A stretch of 61,863 nt of DNA, counting the filler, from Choristocarpus tenellus KU-1152 (lineage: Eukaryota > Protista > Phaeophyceae): NCBI GenBank assembly GCA_964200185.2. It is 10 parts of 10 records of this genome, joined end to end, with 100 filler letters (N's around TTAATTAATTAA, not from the genome) between each part and the next. Parts side by side here need not be neighbours in the genome. Positions count along the whole stretch, not along the records: positions 49,206 to 58,110 come from CAXNAD020004206.1; positions 58,211 to 61,863 come from CAXNAD020018711.1; 8 more parts are not named here. One strand, written 5' to 3'. A program made the translations under genes and the position numbers. The notes below the pieces were generated by a model. It ran no database searches, was not told the origin of the DNA, and was given only the letters and a program-made list of their open reading frames with translations. Positions 50,761-61,863 of this stretch are shown piece after piece; the stretch's first letter is position 1; every line of letters begins with the position of its first letter.

Positions 50761-50885
50761 ATGACGAGGAGTGTGGTTGTTCCGAAGTGTTGGAAGGCAT
50801 TGCTGGTGAGCGAGCAAGGAGTAGGAAATAAAATTTAAAAATTTCCTTACGGATCTAAATTATTTTTATTTCTATTTTAATAAGA

Positions 50886-50921
<36 letters not shown>

Positions 50922-53716
50922 TAGATGCATGAAAAGATGAGGTCTGGTGGAGTGCATGAAACAATAACTCAATAATATTTTTTTCCTCGTCTAGTCTCTC
51001 AGTGCATGGTTCGCCTCTCAAGTATACTGAGAGCATCTTCGGTGTGATTGGGTCGAGGGGGGATGGGGGGNNNNNNNNNNTCGAGTATACTGGGAGAATT
51101 GTGGGTGGGAGTGGGGCGGGGGGGGATGGGGGGGGGCTGGGGTAAATGTGAGTTTGCGAATGAAAACGCCATCGCAATGAAGAGGTTTTGGATATCACTA
51201 GTCCGTAGTTGAGACTCGCAGAGTCCATTTTTATGTATGTGTCGAGTCCCTTGTTACAGGAACCTGGTAGAGTACATTTTTTTGATGGGGGAGGAGGGAG
51301 GAGGAAGGGACCTGCTGCGATCATGATGACTCTGTTACAGTATGGCACGCAATTGGCTGCGAGAACGGCTCTCCTATTTACAGGTGCTTTAATCCGCATG
51401 CATGGTTGTTTTTGACACTTGCAGTTTGTTGAATGTGTGTGTGTGCTAATCTCTGTTTTCTACCCTCTGCTCGGTGTTTTTTATCATCCCAATAATGTGT
51501 GGGTTTGTAGGTGTGGTTTTGGTGGCGTTTTTGCTTCTGTTGTGTAGGAGAACCAGGCAAAAGGCAGCAGTTGCTGATGTTAGGAGTAATGGAAAGAGGC
51601 CAAGTCGCCGATCGGTGTCCATACCTACGCTTTCCATCGAGGCCATGCATTCTGATTATGTGAGTGGGTTCAACTTGCTACTTGGTTGTTGTGTTGTGTG
51701 CTGGGGCTTGTGGTGGGGGGGGGTGGTAGGTGTTGCTAGGGCGTTTTTTTGGAGGGTGGTGTTTTAGGCTCATGTAGCCAGAACTTGTATTGAAGTACGT
51801 GTTTTTTGAAACCGACCTTGGGGTGGTGGTGCTCCCTTATCTGCTACTGCTCGGCTGTATGTATGTGTATAGATTATGTTATTTTTTCTTTGAAAAAAAT
51901 TAAAAGAGCCCCCGAGTGTTTCCAAGCCAGTGCGTGTGTGTGTGTGTGTGTGTGTGCCAGAAAATTGGCAGTTCAGTTGAACCAATGATAGTTTCAGGTT
52001 TTCTCAAAAGGTTTCTGATTTTCGTCAGACCTGTTTGCATGCTGTGCTGTTTCCTTTCGCAGTAGAGACCTGTAGTTGTTAGTTGTACGTAAAACTGTTG
52101 GAAGTCCCATTCCTATGCCAGGAATTAAAAAAAATGTATTGTGTGACTACATGTACTAAATGATATGTTGGATTTTTTTTTTCTGTTACGTGGCCAATGC
52201 CTTACCATAGCTTTGGAAGGACATACATATATATAAAATATATATATATATATATTTTGTCTTTGTGCAATGTATTAATAGTTTCTGAGAACAGCAGTTT
52301 AAATCGTCTGTGTAGGGTGCAGATATTTCTCTTTTTGTATCCCCATGGGGATTTTTTCTCTTTGTGCAAAAGAGTCTTGTTTTTTTTTGTCTAGGAATGA
52401 AAGGTTGCCATATTTTATTCAGTGAAAAGGTGTGATGAGATGTACTTGGTGTGAACAGAGCATACCATATACATTTAGATTAGTATTGCAGGTAGAACAT
52501 GCAAAAAGATCATATGTACACGCGCCCTTGCGATTTCTGTAACCCTAACCCTAACCCTATCCATTGCCTGGCGGAATCGGTTCTCACAACTTATGGATGG
52601 TGTTTGCAAGTCCTTGGACTCTCCGAACCGAATGATGGTCAATCCCATGCTTACAACTTCGTCACTTAGGGACTTGTACCAGAAAGAGGATTCGGAGGAC
52701 AAGGGCGTTTGGAGCTCGTTGAAGCGATCTAGTAAAAACTTTGGTTCAGGGGTGGCATTTAAATCATTCAATCAACCACAGGGATGAGGAAGGGGCCGAT
52801 AAGTTTTCGTGTATGGTAGAGAGGCGTGTGGGCTGCGGCTCCCCACAGGTTTATGTGTGTGTGTGTGTTATGAGGGGGTGGTACAAGTGTTTCAATGTGT
52901 GGATGGGTTTGTTGTAGGTTCGTAGAGGTCACTGTGCTCATGTTTAATTGGGTGTTGCAGTGGAAGTTTGAGAAATAAGATGTGGAGTTCCGCTTCAATC
53001 GGAGGCCTTGTTTTTTTGTTGGTCTTCGCTTTGTTGTGCCATGGCACCCCCCCCCACCTCTGCTCACGGAACAGTGTACCTTGTTTTGAAACTATGTTTG
53101 CAGTGAAGGCGACGTGGTAGTTGGATGGATGGATGTCTGCCCTGTGGGGGGGCGGCTGGTCGGGCAGGCACTTGAGTGTCGGAGAATGATTCTGTTTTCA
53201 TCCACCTGAGTGGCTGTATATCCTTGGCACTCTTTGTAGTGGAACATATGTATGATCTCGTTGAGGTTGAATGCGTGTATTTTTGTTTTGTTTTGTTTCC
53301 TCCTGAACAAGAGTGTGTGTGTTTTTGTTCATCCAGCCGGTGTACCTTATCTTGTCATTACAGTGTACACATTGTTGTTATGGTGTTGTTGTGAAATACT
53401 TGAGTAGATGGTGGACGCGCCTTCCCAATGACTGAGGTTGTAGCTGATTGGTTGACTGCGTGGTGTTTCCTGTTGGATGTATACATGTGCTGTTTCTTGG
53501 AATACTCTGTGTACGCAGAGAGCGTGTGTTCCTGTGTGTTGTTTGTTATGGTGGAAATATATCTATCATATCCTAGGAAGTCTGTTTGCTGCCTTTCTTG
53601 TCTCTTGTATATTTTTTTTTCTAAGAGTTTGTCGGTCGCGGCTTTTTTTTTATTTCTTAGGTGACCTTGCTGAACTGAAGTTTTCATGCAGATCCTTAAC
53701 TCCTTTGGAGAGATGA
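50761..53716 (+). CDS. Probable C-terminal exons of a single-pass membrane protein: 50761-50805, 51511-51659, 52611-~52743, 53661-53716
   Basis: Spliced peptide DDEECGCSEVLEGIA|GVVLVAFLLLLCRRTRQK...HSDY|SLDSPNRMMVNPML... gives a hydrophobic helix followed by basic stop-transfer residues. The donors GTGAGC and GTGAGT are strong. Borders of the last two exons are uncertain. Confidence 0.45.
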
Positions 53717-54550
53717 GGAGGATGGATTCAGGTAGAAGGAAGGACCCTTGGGTGTGTGGAACGAAGTAACTGCTCGATGTGACTGAGCAATGTTAGGTAT
53801 CATTGTTTGCTGCATGGGAATGGTCTCCCAATGATTCTGATATTGCAAAGGGCTACAATTGGGTGAACATCTATACGTCAACCAAATATCTTGGGGGGGG
53901 ATTGATCCCCAATATTTCCGCCAACTTTACTTTAACTGTGTTGCCTTCCTGATGAACGGGTAAGTTCCTTATTTAATGTAGTGACAATGAATGTGGATCA
54001 GTTGCTATGAAGGCAGCAGGGTGACCCACTCAGCCACTGTCCATTGGACCCTGCTCATGCAGTAATAGGCAGTGTATGAAGGGAGAATAGGTTGGAAGTA
54101 GTATGGTCTTGACCGATTTACAAACATATATGGTGATGTTTAAAGGGCTTTCTCTTTTCCCAAAAATACAAGTGGTGAAGGTCCATTGTGAATCATAGGG
54201 GTCTTGTATCCTCTCATGTCATAGTCTCATTTCTCTTGAATATTTTTGCTACTTGGTATAGTGATAATAGTAATGGCTTCTGTGGGCAGTTTATGTATTA
54301 CGGTATATATAGAGAGAGAGTGCAATACTCTTTACATGTTGCTAAGAGGTGTAATTCTGAGCTGTGTTTTGGCTGTTATTTTGGTGAAGATATAGAATGG
54401 GGGCTAGATCGGACTTTTTTCCGTATGGTAAAATAGAATATGGAGTACTAGAACAAATGAGGAAAGTCTCTACTTGAGCAACAGTTCTAAACCCGACTCG
54501 AAATCACAGCTATATTCCGTAGTACATTTTAATAGTAGTACTTACTACAT

Positions 54551-54814
54551 GACTACTGAGCGGTAGGGAGGGTTGCATTTTAAGGATCCCAAGAAAGAAA
54601 GGACATACAAAAAAATCAATTTTGTACATTTCCAGTAAGAACCTTTCTTTGGTGAGTTGTGGTGTAACTTTGTGTGTAGAAGGGGGGAATATCCAGTTCA
54701 TATACACTAAAGTGCATATAAAGAAATGAAATAGAGTGTTAGCGCACAGGTTAAGAAATATGGCTTAGAATGCAAAAGGGTCCAAGCCTTCCTACCTGTC
54801 AATTGGCGTGACTC
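54551..54814 (-). mobile_element. Diverged MITE family C copy
   Basis: Reverse complement of the C core, ending CCTACCTGTCAATTGGCGTGACTC. Confidence 0.7.
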
Positions 54815-57803
54815 CACTACCTCTACTACTACCATTACTATGCTTGAGGTTCTTGGGGTGTCCAAATGCTATTACACCTGACCTCTAATGGGTTAGGTTG
54901 GGCTAGCAATTTCTGTGTTTCAATCCACCAGCATTGTTAGTTAAATCGTTTATTGTTGATATCATATTTACCGAAGACTTCATTCCTGGCGATCAAATCG
55001 AATAGATTGGGTAAACCGATAATATTTCTACAATTAACCACTTACTACTGTGAAATTGTAGCAATTGAGGTCCATGACAAGGGTAGTAGTGCATCACGAT
55101 GATGCACTGCAGTAACTCTAATAATGGGGTTATTTGTAAGGAACTGTGTGTGAGATAGGACTTCGGTTTTTTAGTGGGCAGTATGGTATGACTAAGAATG
55201 AAACTGTTGACAGTAGATGTGGAATTCGTTGTACTGTTTGGGGTAAATGTCTAACATTGTCCGCCCCCGTCAACCTCTAATTTCTTATTGGACCGAATTC
55301 AAAAAGATTCCAGATAATAGGCTGGTGGGGTGCCAACGAAATACCCCCAACTTAAAGCAATCATCAGGAGGAGCACAAAGTGATTTTTGTAGTAGTAGTA
55401 GTAGTGCTACTATCAACAACCCCCTTGCTCTCGCTTCCAAATGGAGTCACAAAATCAGACACCAATACAAGTCCAGTCGATAAAGCTAGGTTGGAGGAGT
55501 TGAAGATGGAAGTTGAAAGATGGGTGTGGTGGTTTTGGATCAGATGTGATGTGAAGTTCTATGGAGGTACCTCCATGTACTACCTGCGTTATATGAAGTA
55601 CTTTGTTGGTTGTGTTAATAGGGTTAGATGATTGCCCAATCAAGTCGAATTGTGTTTAGAGGATGCAATAAATGGTGTATTGCATTGCCGAAGTTGTTGT
55701 ATGGTCTTAATCCTTGCATGTGTTGCTGTACGAACGTTGAACTGGACGATCTTCTCCAGTTAATTGTAGAATACACAGGTTGATTGTATTTAGCTTTGTT
55801 TTTTTTGTTTTGGTCGTATTAATATTATTAGTATTCTATCCTTCCATCATAGTATCAGATTCTACAAACTGTCATAGATAATATATTCTATTATCGCATC
55901 AACAACAATAACTCCAGTAACAGGAACGCGATGTGCGTATGTGAATGGTAGATTCAATGACAGGTTCAAAGAAACAACAGTGGAGCAGCAAAATATTTCC
56001 AGAACACATCATGCAATATCATCATCGTACAAACAGTTAGCTGAAGCCAGTTGGTGGGGTAGTAGTATGTACCCTGGACCACATATTTTATGTACCACTC
56101 ACAAGATTGATGCTGTCTCACGGCAAACAACAGTCATACACGTAAGGTTTCACGGGTCACTAATGGTAGAAATCACACACTCTCTTGATCAGCATGGCCT
56201 GGGAGTATGTTACAGGTAAGAATAGTAGATCTAGGAGCTAGAGTTTGTTGTAGGAATTACTGGGTATAATAGATTGGAACTGCCTCGTGGAAAGAAACCA
56301 TTATTTTTCTTATTATACCCTATCAACGTCGCATGTTCCCAGCGAGCTTGCACATTTGGTTTCGACAACAGATGCTAATATTTGCATAGTTCGAACTATA
56401 TATATCCACAGTAGTAATTGTCTCTACGACCCTATAACCCTTCCTTTGCTAGCTGTGGAAGATCTCTTAGGGTCAAAAACGGATGCCGGCACCCCCCCCC
56501 CCCCCCAGATACTTTGACCCTTGGGCCTGTCTTCGTTCCGCCTCCAACAAGGTATGCTTAAGAGTAAATATGTGGATACTACTTTCATAAGCTAGCTGCA
56601 CCTCCTTCACAGAAAAGTGATGCTCTCATCTTCATACTCCCCCAAATACAGAGCTAAGGTAAACTCCAAGCAACACAAAAATTGGTGATGAGATGGATTA
56701 CAGAGAATAAATTATGCTCTACCATGAATGATGCAGCTACCTAGCATTCATTAGAAGAGTGGAAATGTTGCCGCCCTGGGGAAAGTAGTATTGAGTGAAG
56801 GGTACATTTTTTCCGTTATTACTTGAATGATAGAATGAGCTGTTAATAATATTATCGATGCGGCTAGTCACCTACAGTCTTTTCAACAGGCCGGCAAACT
56901 AAGATAGTCCCGTCCGCCAGCCGGACCAGTTGCACAACTACTATGCCCTGATTCATGTCCACTAGGTATTGTACTTATCCATGTCCACATGAGGCCGGGT
57001 CAAACATTCTCTAACATGTCTGGAGACCATGTCTATTGGATATTGTACCATGTCCGCTGGCCAGACTGGGTCTACCATTCTCCAACATGTCCAGACCATG
57101 TCTACTGGAATTGTATAGGTCTGTGTCCACAGGCCGACCAGTTTACTTTTTCTTGCATGCCCGAACCATGGCCCCCAACCAGTCTTACCTTTTTCTGAGA
57201 TGTCCAGACCATGTCCACTATGTGTTGTACAAGTCCACAATATATATTACGCTTTCAAATCTTCTAGGGACTTCTTGTTCGAAATCATGAATATATACAT
57301 ATATATTGTGCAGTGAGAATGTTAGGAGGCATATATTCGTGGCTTTTAAATCTTAAGTATTTACTAATTTAGATATTGATGAATGAGTGTCAAAAATGAG
57401 TGTATAGTGTTAAAATACATCTTGAAGTCACAAATCACCTCAGTCACACAAACACCAAACACACTAGAATTGCCTATTGAACCTAAACTTTCCTAAATCT
57501 TTGTCTGCCAATCAAAACCAATGGTACATTCCTGCTCAAAGCAAGTATTATGTATGTTCTATGAGTGATGTATTATTATTGGTTCCTAGTATGATGCTAC
57601 TACTACTACTGTACTAATTCTTGTAGCATTTTTTTATTATATTATATTATTATGCCCTCTGACATTTTGGAGATGTGTCAGAGGGGAAACCAATGAAAAC
57701 TATTCAAATGTCAGTATAAGCCCTAAAGAAATAAAATATGTCACAAATGTGAAAAACACTAATATATTTGTTACTTCACTATGTTGTACCACTGCCTTCC
57801 TAC

Positions 57804-58110
57804 CTACTCCTGTACCCCAGGGTGAGGAGCTAGGGAGGCATCCCAACAATCCAATAAACCCCTCCGTGCCCATCTCCCTGGTGACTCCAGCTTAAAACGC
57901 ATGACATGTATAGACAGTGCCACTTGCGTAGTTCCCGAGACAATTTGGAGTAGTCGGGATTTAACCGCTCCTTTCTTGCTACATCCTCCAGTTCCTCTCC
58001 CCCCCACCATGTGAGTAGCCAGCTCATCCAGGAAGCATTCCGCTTGCTTGCCGAGGTGCCCCAAACTTTCCACTGCGAAGGTATTGAGGTTATAACTACG
58101 AGGATCAAAG
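57804..58110 (-). mobile_element. C-terminus of a CRE-like non-LTR element (RLE domain). A second copy of the same 3' end is at 35586-35716
   Basis: FDPRSYNLNTFAVESLGHLGKQAECFLDELA...KSRLLQIVSGTTQVALS. Clear nucleotide match between 57804-57975 and 35586-35716. Confidence 0.72.
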
Positions 58111-58479
58111 NNNNNNNNNNNNNNNNNNNNNNNNNNNNNNNNNNNNNNNNNNNNTTAATTAATTAANNNNNNNNNNNNNNNNNNNNNNNNNNNNNNNNNN
58201 NNNNNNNNNNCCCCACTTTGATGCCCGTTTTGAGGGTGATTTTCCTTTGGATTTGGCCCAGGGCAGGGAGGTGGAAATGGAAGGTGCGTTCAGATGATGA
58301 TTTTGTTCTTAAATCTGACACCTTCATTCAAATAACATTGAAGTCACAAAAGATTCGCGAAGGCCCCATATGGACGCCAGAGCCCTCCCCCCCAGGATAC
58401 AATAGGCCTGAAAGTGATTGTGTTGATCGTGCTGCTCTAAGCCCATGTCAGTTTTGGGTTTGTCACGGAGCTCTGTCTG

Positions 58480-58800
58480 CCTCTCAACCATTCAGACATG
58501 TGCTGGGGAATACAAAAGCGTGTTGAGATCCATCATAACCAATCACTCTTATGTTAGTGCCCATGCCCCTTACCCAGAGCTCCACATGGCATCGAATGTT
58601 AGAATTGGAAATCACCCACAAGTGTGGAATTCGGGTTTGCTTGCCAGTTCCTACTGGCATGCCTAAACTCCTTGTGTTTCAGTATGTTCTGCTATGTAGA
58701 TACGGGTGTGAGACAACTCTTCCACCATGCCTCAGAGTACGTGAGCATCTCAAAGAGTTTACTGGCAGGATGATGACCAAAACATTGTGCAATGTCAGCA
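58480..58800 (+). mobile_element. Possible RTE-like LINE fragment in a GPI intron
   Basis: VLLCRYGCETT resembles the RTE 'LLYGCETW' motif. Confidence 0.35.
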
Positions 58801-59385
58801 TCTTACTGGGTCTGTACCCACCCAACCTTACCACTGGGGAATGCCTCGACACTTTTTTACATTTTTTCGCAGAGGCATTCCTTGGTGTTCAAAAACTTTG
58901 TATGTATTCTGACCAAGGGGGATAAGGACTTTTTCGCCAGTTTGTTGCCTGTAAAATCATAAGAGTATTATCGTGTGCACAATGTTGAGCCGTGGTGAAG
59001 AGATGCAATGGAATGGTCCCTGCATTATGATCTCATACAAGGTATGTTTCTGACAGCAGATAACACTTAACTATTTTTGCAGAATCTCAATTCATCTGTA
59101 AGGTCAGTTGCGATTCTTTTTTTTGGGGGGGGGTAATACTTTTTGCTTTGCTCATGTTGACTTTTCCACTGTCATGGTTGTATTGTTGGATATATTTTTC
59201 AACTTACTGTGTTCCACCAGGTTTTTGATATGTAACCCTCTAATGAGAGGTTAGGTTAAGAGTATATTCCGTCCTTCTCTTCTAAAAAAAGGATCCCCAT
59301 TCAATTCATCTTTTTTCTTACACCGATCAAGAACAAAGAAAGCACACACTGGCTTTTTTTCGTCACATGCATCGAATAATGTTAG

Positions 59386-61126
59386 GTTGACATGGAGAGT
59401 AATGGCAAGAGAGTGGCTCAAGACGGGTCAGTGCTCCCATTCGAGGCCGGAGAGATCGGGTTTGGAGAACCAGGAACCAATGGGCAGCACTCCTTCTACC
59501 AGCTCATTCACCAGGGGAGGGTCATACCTGCAGACTTTGTGGGCTTCTGTGAGTCCCAGCAGCCTGTTTTGCTGGAGGGGGAGGTCGTGAGCAACCATGA
59601 CGAGCTCATGAGCAACTTCTTTGCACAACCAGATGCCCTTGCATATGGGAAGACAACTGAGGAGTTGGAAGCGGAGGGGGTGCCGGAATGGCTGCGGCCG
59701 CACAAGGTGAAACGTGTGTAAACCTAGTGTGTCTTGTGGGGTGCAGAGTTTGATCCAGGGTGTATATAGGGACGAATGCGTCATGGTGAACAATGGAATG
59801 GTTCTCTTCTGTTTTGTATTATTAGTGAGAGCTCTGTTACATCTTTTTTTTGTTTATGTTCTAGTAACTTTTATTTGGAATATATATGTGTGTGTAGCTT
59901 GATTTGCAGGAGGGGTTTTGAAACAATGCAACGTTAGTGTGCCAATTGTTTGTGTTGTACTAGTTGACATTTTCCCCCTGCCAATCAAACTTGACCAAAA
60001 GTTAATCCCCTTGTTCTTTGTCCCATATCCCTCTATGGCCCTGCTGTTGGCCAGGTGTTCACTGGGAACAGGCCGTCACTGTCGCTGCTGTTCCCGAGGC
60101 TTAATGCGTACTCTGCAGGACAGCTATTAGCCATCTATGAGCATAGGACGGCTGTCCAGGGCTTTTTGTGGGGCTTGAACTCATTTGACCAGTGGGGAGT
60201 GGAGCTAGGGAAGGTCCTGGCAAAGAAGGTGACTTGTAGTGTGTTTGTGCATATGAAAATTTAAGAGGATAAGAGGTACACCTTCTGTTGTGTAATATGT
60301 TATCTTTTGCCGATGAATTTAATAAGCTATGTACAACTTTTTCTATGTATGCTGTACAAAAAAAGTAAGCGAAGGAGGCTATATAGCACAAGTACTCTGC
60401 TGTGGGATGAAGATGAGTTCACTTGTATGTACTTTTTGTTGTTTTGTTCCAGAATGTGTTGTTAACAATGATGTCCTTGTTGTGAGGTCATCTATGCAAT
60501 GCTTCGACACGATAGTGACGTGAGTACTAGTTAATGGATTGATGTCTTGAAGGAGCTGCTGCTACCATGCAGAGCTCTGTGACAGTAAAAAATAGCATAC
60601 CAGATGCTTCTATTCTTTGGTGGTGTGTGTGATATGACATTTGCTACTATATCTTCCGCTTGGTAACCATGCAGCCACCACCTTATCACCTTCACTTGTA
60701 AAAATTATATGACACAGTAGTAGATGAAAAGTTTTAGAGGGTGGGAATAACGCTAACCTTGAGGTGAAGAAAAAATGCTGACGTTTTCGCCTTTTGACAT
60801 TGTACTATTCCATTGTACTTCAAATGGCGGGACTTTTCTTACACAAAAAATTTAGAGACATCTTTTCGTGTTACTGTTTGATCAAGTCAAGGAGAATAGT
60901 ACCAAGTCTTTCTGGTGTTGTTTTCACTAGGCACATGACAATGCCTACAGTGATTCGAGTGAGGTGGAATGATTTGGTCAGCTTATCCTGTGCTGCTCCT
61001 CTTGCACCACCACCCTATCTATTTCAGGTTCGATCCTCGCTTGCAGCTAGTCGGGCTGGGGCTGTGCCAGAGGGGTTCAACCCTTCCACATCAGCACTTT
61101 TGGCCCATTACCTTGGGTCCAAGTAG
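59386..61126 (+). CDS. GPI: Glucose-6-phosphate isomerase, last three exons: 59386-59706, 60055-60228, 61028-61126 (stop)
   Basis: Phase-0 GT-AG exons with the PGI signature motifs [62 protein letters not shown] and FNPST. Confidence 0.97.
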
Positions 61127-61863
61127 GGAAATATCTAGTGTTGCAAGTCGAGAAAGTCTCCCAAGTATATCATAAATCATAATCTCGAAAAGATTGGATG
61201 GATTGGATATACTTTGATTGAATTGAAGTACAACAAGGTACCTGCAAGGTAGCCTTTGAGGAAACACTATTAGCATTCTAGAAGTTCAAAGCAAATCAGT
61301 TGAGAAAATGATCAACTGATCAACAGGTTTCGATTATGATCTAGTTTGTTTTTCGATAACAAATCGACTCAAGGGATTTGTCGCAGTTCATGACTGTTGA
61401 AAATATATATATATATATGAGTATTGCCTGCACAGGGACAGGGAAATGAGGGTGATGCAACTTTGATCGAAAGCAGCAGGGGTACTTGATCGATGTCCTG
61501 GATTGCCCTCAATATGATCAGGGACTATCATGAGGTTGTAAGGGTGATTGCACAATACATAGGTGGGGACTTGGTAGGGCAGGGGGATATGAGGTTGCAC
61601 TTTTCCTGGAGGGAGGCATTGATTAGGTATTGTACCCTGTGATATCCAAGGCTACCCTTTAAGCAGGTGGTAGTGTGGAACCAGCACAGAGCTCGTGCTT
61701 AATAAAAGTGCTTGATTGGTCTAGATGTGATATGGGGCTACCACGAGGTCGTGAACGTGATTGTACAATACATATACAGAAAGGATTGTGTGTTCCACTT
61801 GGTAGGGCAGGGTGTATGGGGTTGTACTGAGTGAAAGTATCTTAGAGGGTACGAGTTTTGCCC

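Noticed and set aside
3689-58210. Regularly recurring TTAATTAATTAA palindrome as a biological repeat or array
   Set aside because: Always centred in exactly 100 nt with N padding; it is an artificial six-frame-stop contig linker.
3821-61126. Glucokinase and GPI as a glycolytic gene cluster
   Set aside because: They lie on different contigs separated by eight artificial joins, so no linkage can be inferred.

Overview
Eukaryotic nuclear DNA, most likely from a brown alga or related stramenopile. The evidence is GT-AG spliced genes with long introns, TTAGGG-type repeats, a bacterial-type glucokinase and retroelement peptides like those of Phaeophyceae. The window is not one locus. It is ten draft contigs joined by nine artificial 100-bp spacers (N44-TTAATTAATTAA-N44). 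Host gene fragments: a glucokinase (4 exons, -), a SHAQKYF-type Myb factor (4 exons, +), the 3' end of glucose-6-phosphate isomerase (3 exons, +), and two genes I could not identify. Most of the rest is transposon debris: Copia (one near-complete 5' half), Gypsy, CRE-like, RTE-like, hAT and IS630/Tc1-like remnants. The most striking structure is a set of about 28 copies of three non-autonomous MITE families (A ~180 bp, B ~258 bp, C ~254 bp). They share terminal GASYCAAA-type ends and make 3-bp target duplications that always begin with A in element orientation. They include a four-element nested stack at 30771-31739. A decayed D5/SF3 helicase-like sequence in contig 1 may be a viral or Polinton-like relic. 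I found no convincing new multi-gene system; all calls come from reading by eye, without searches.
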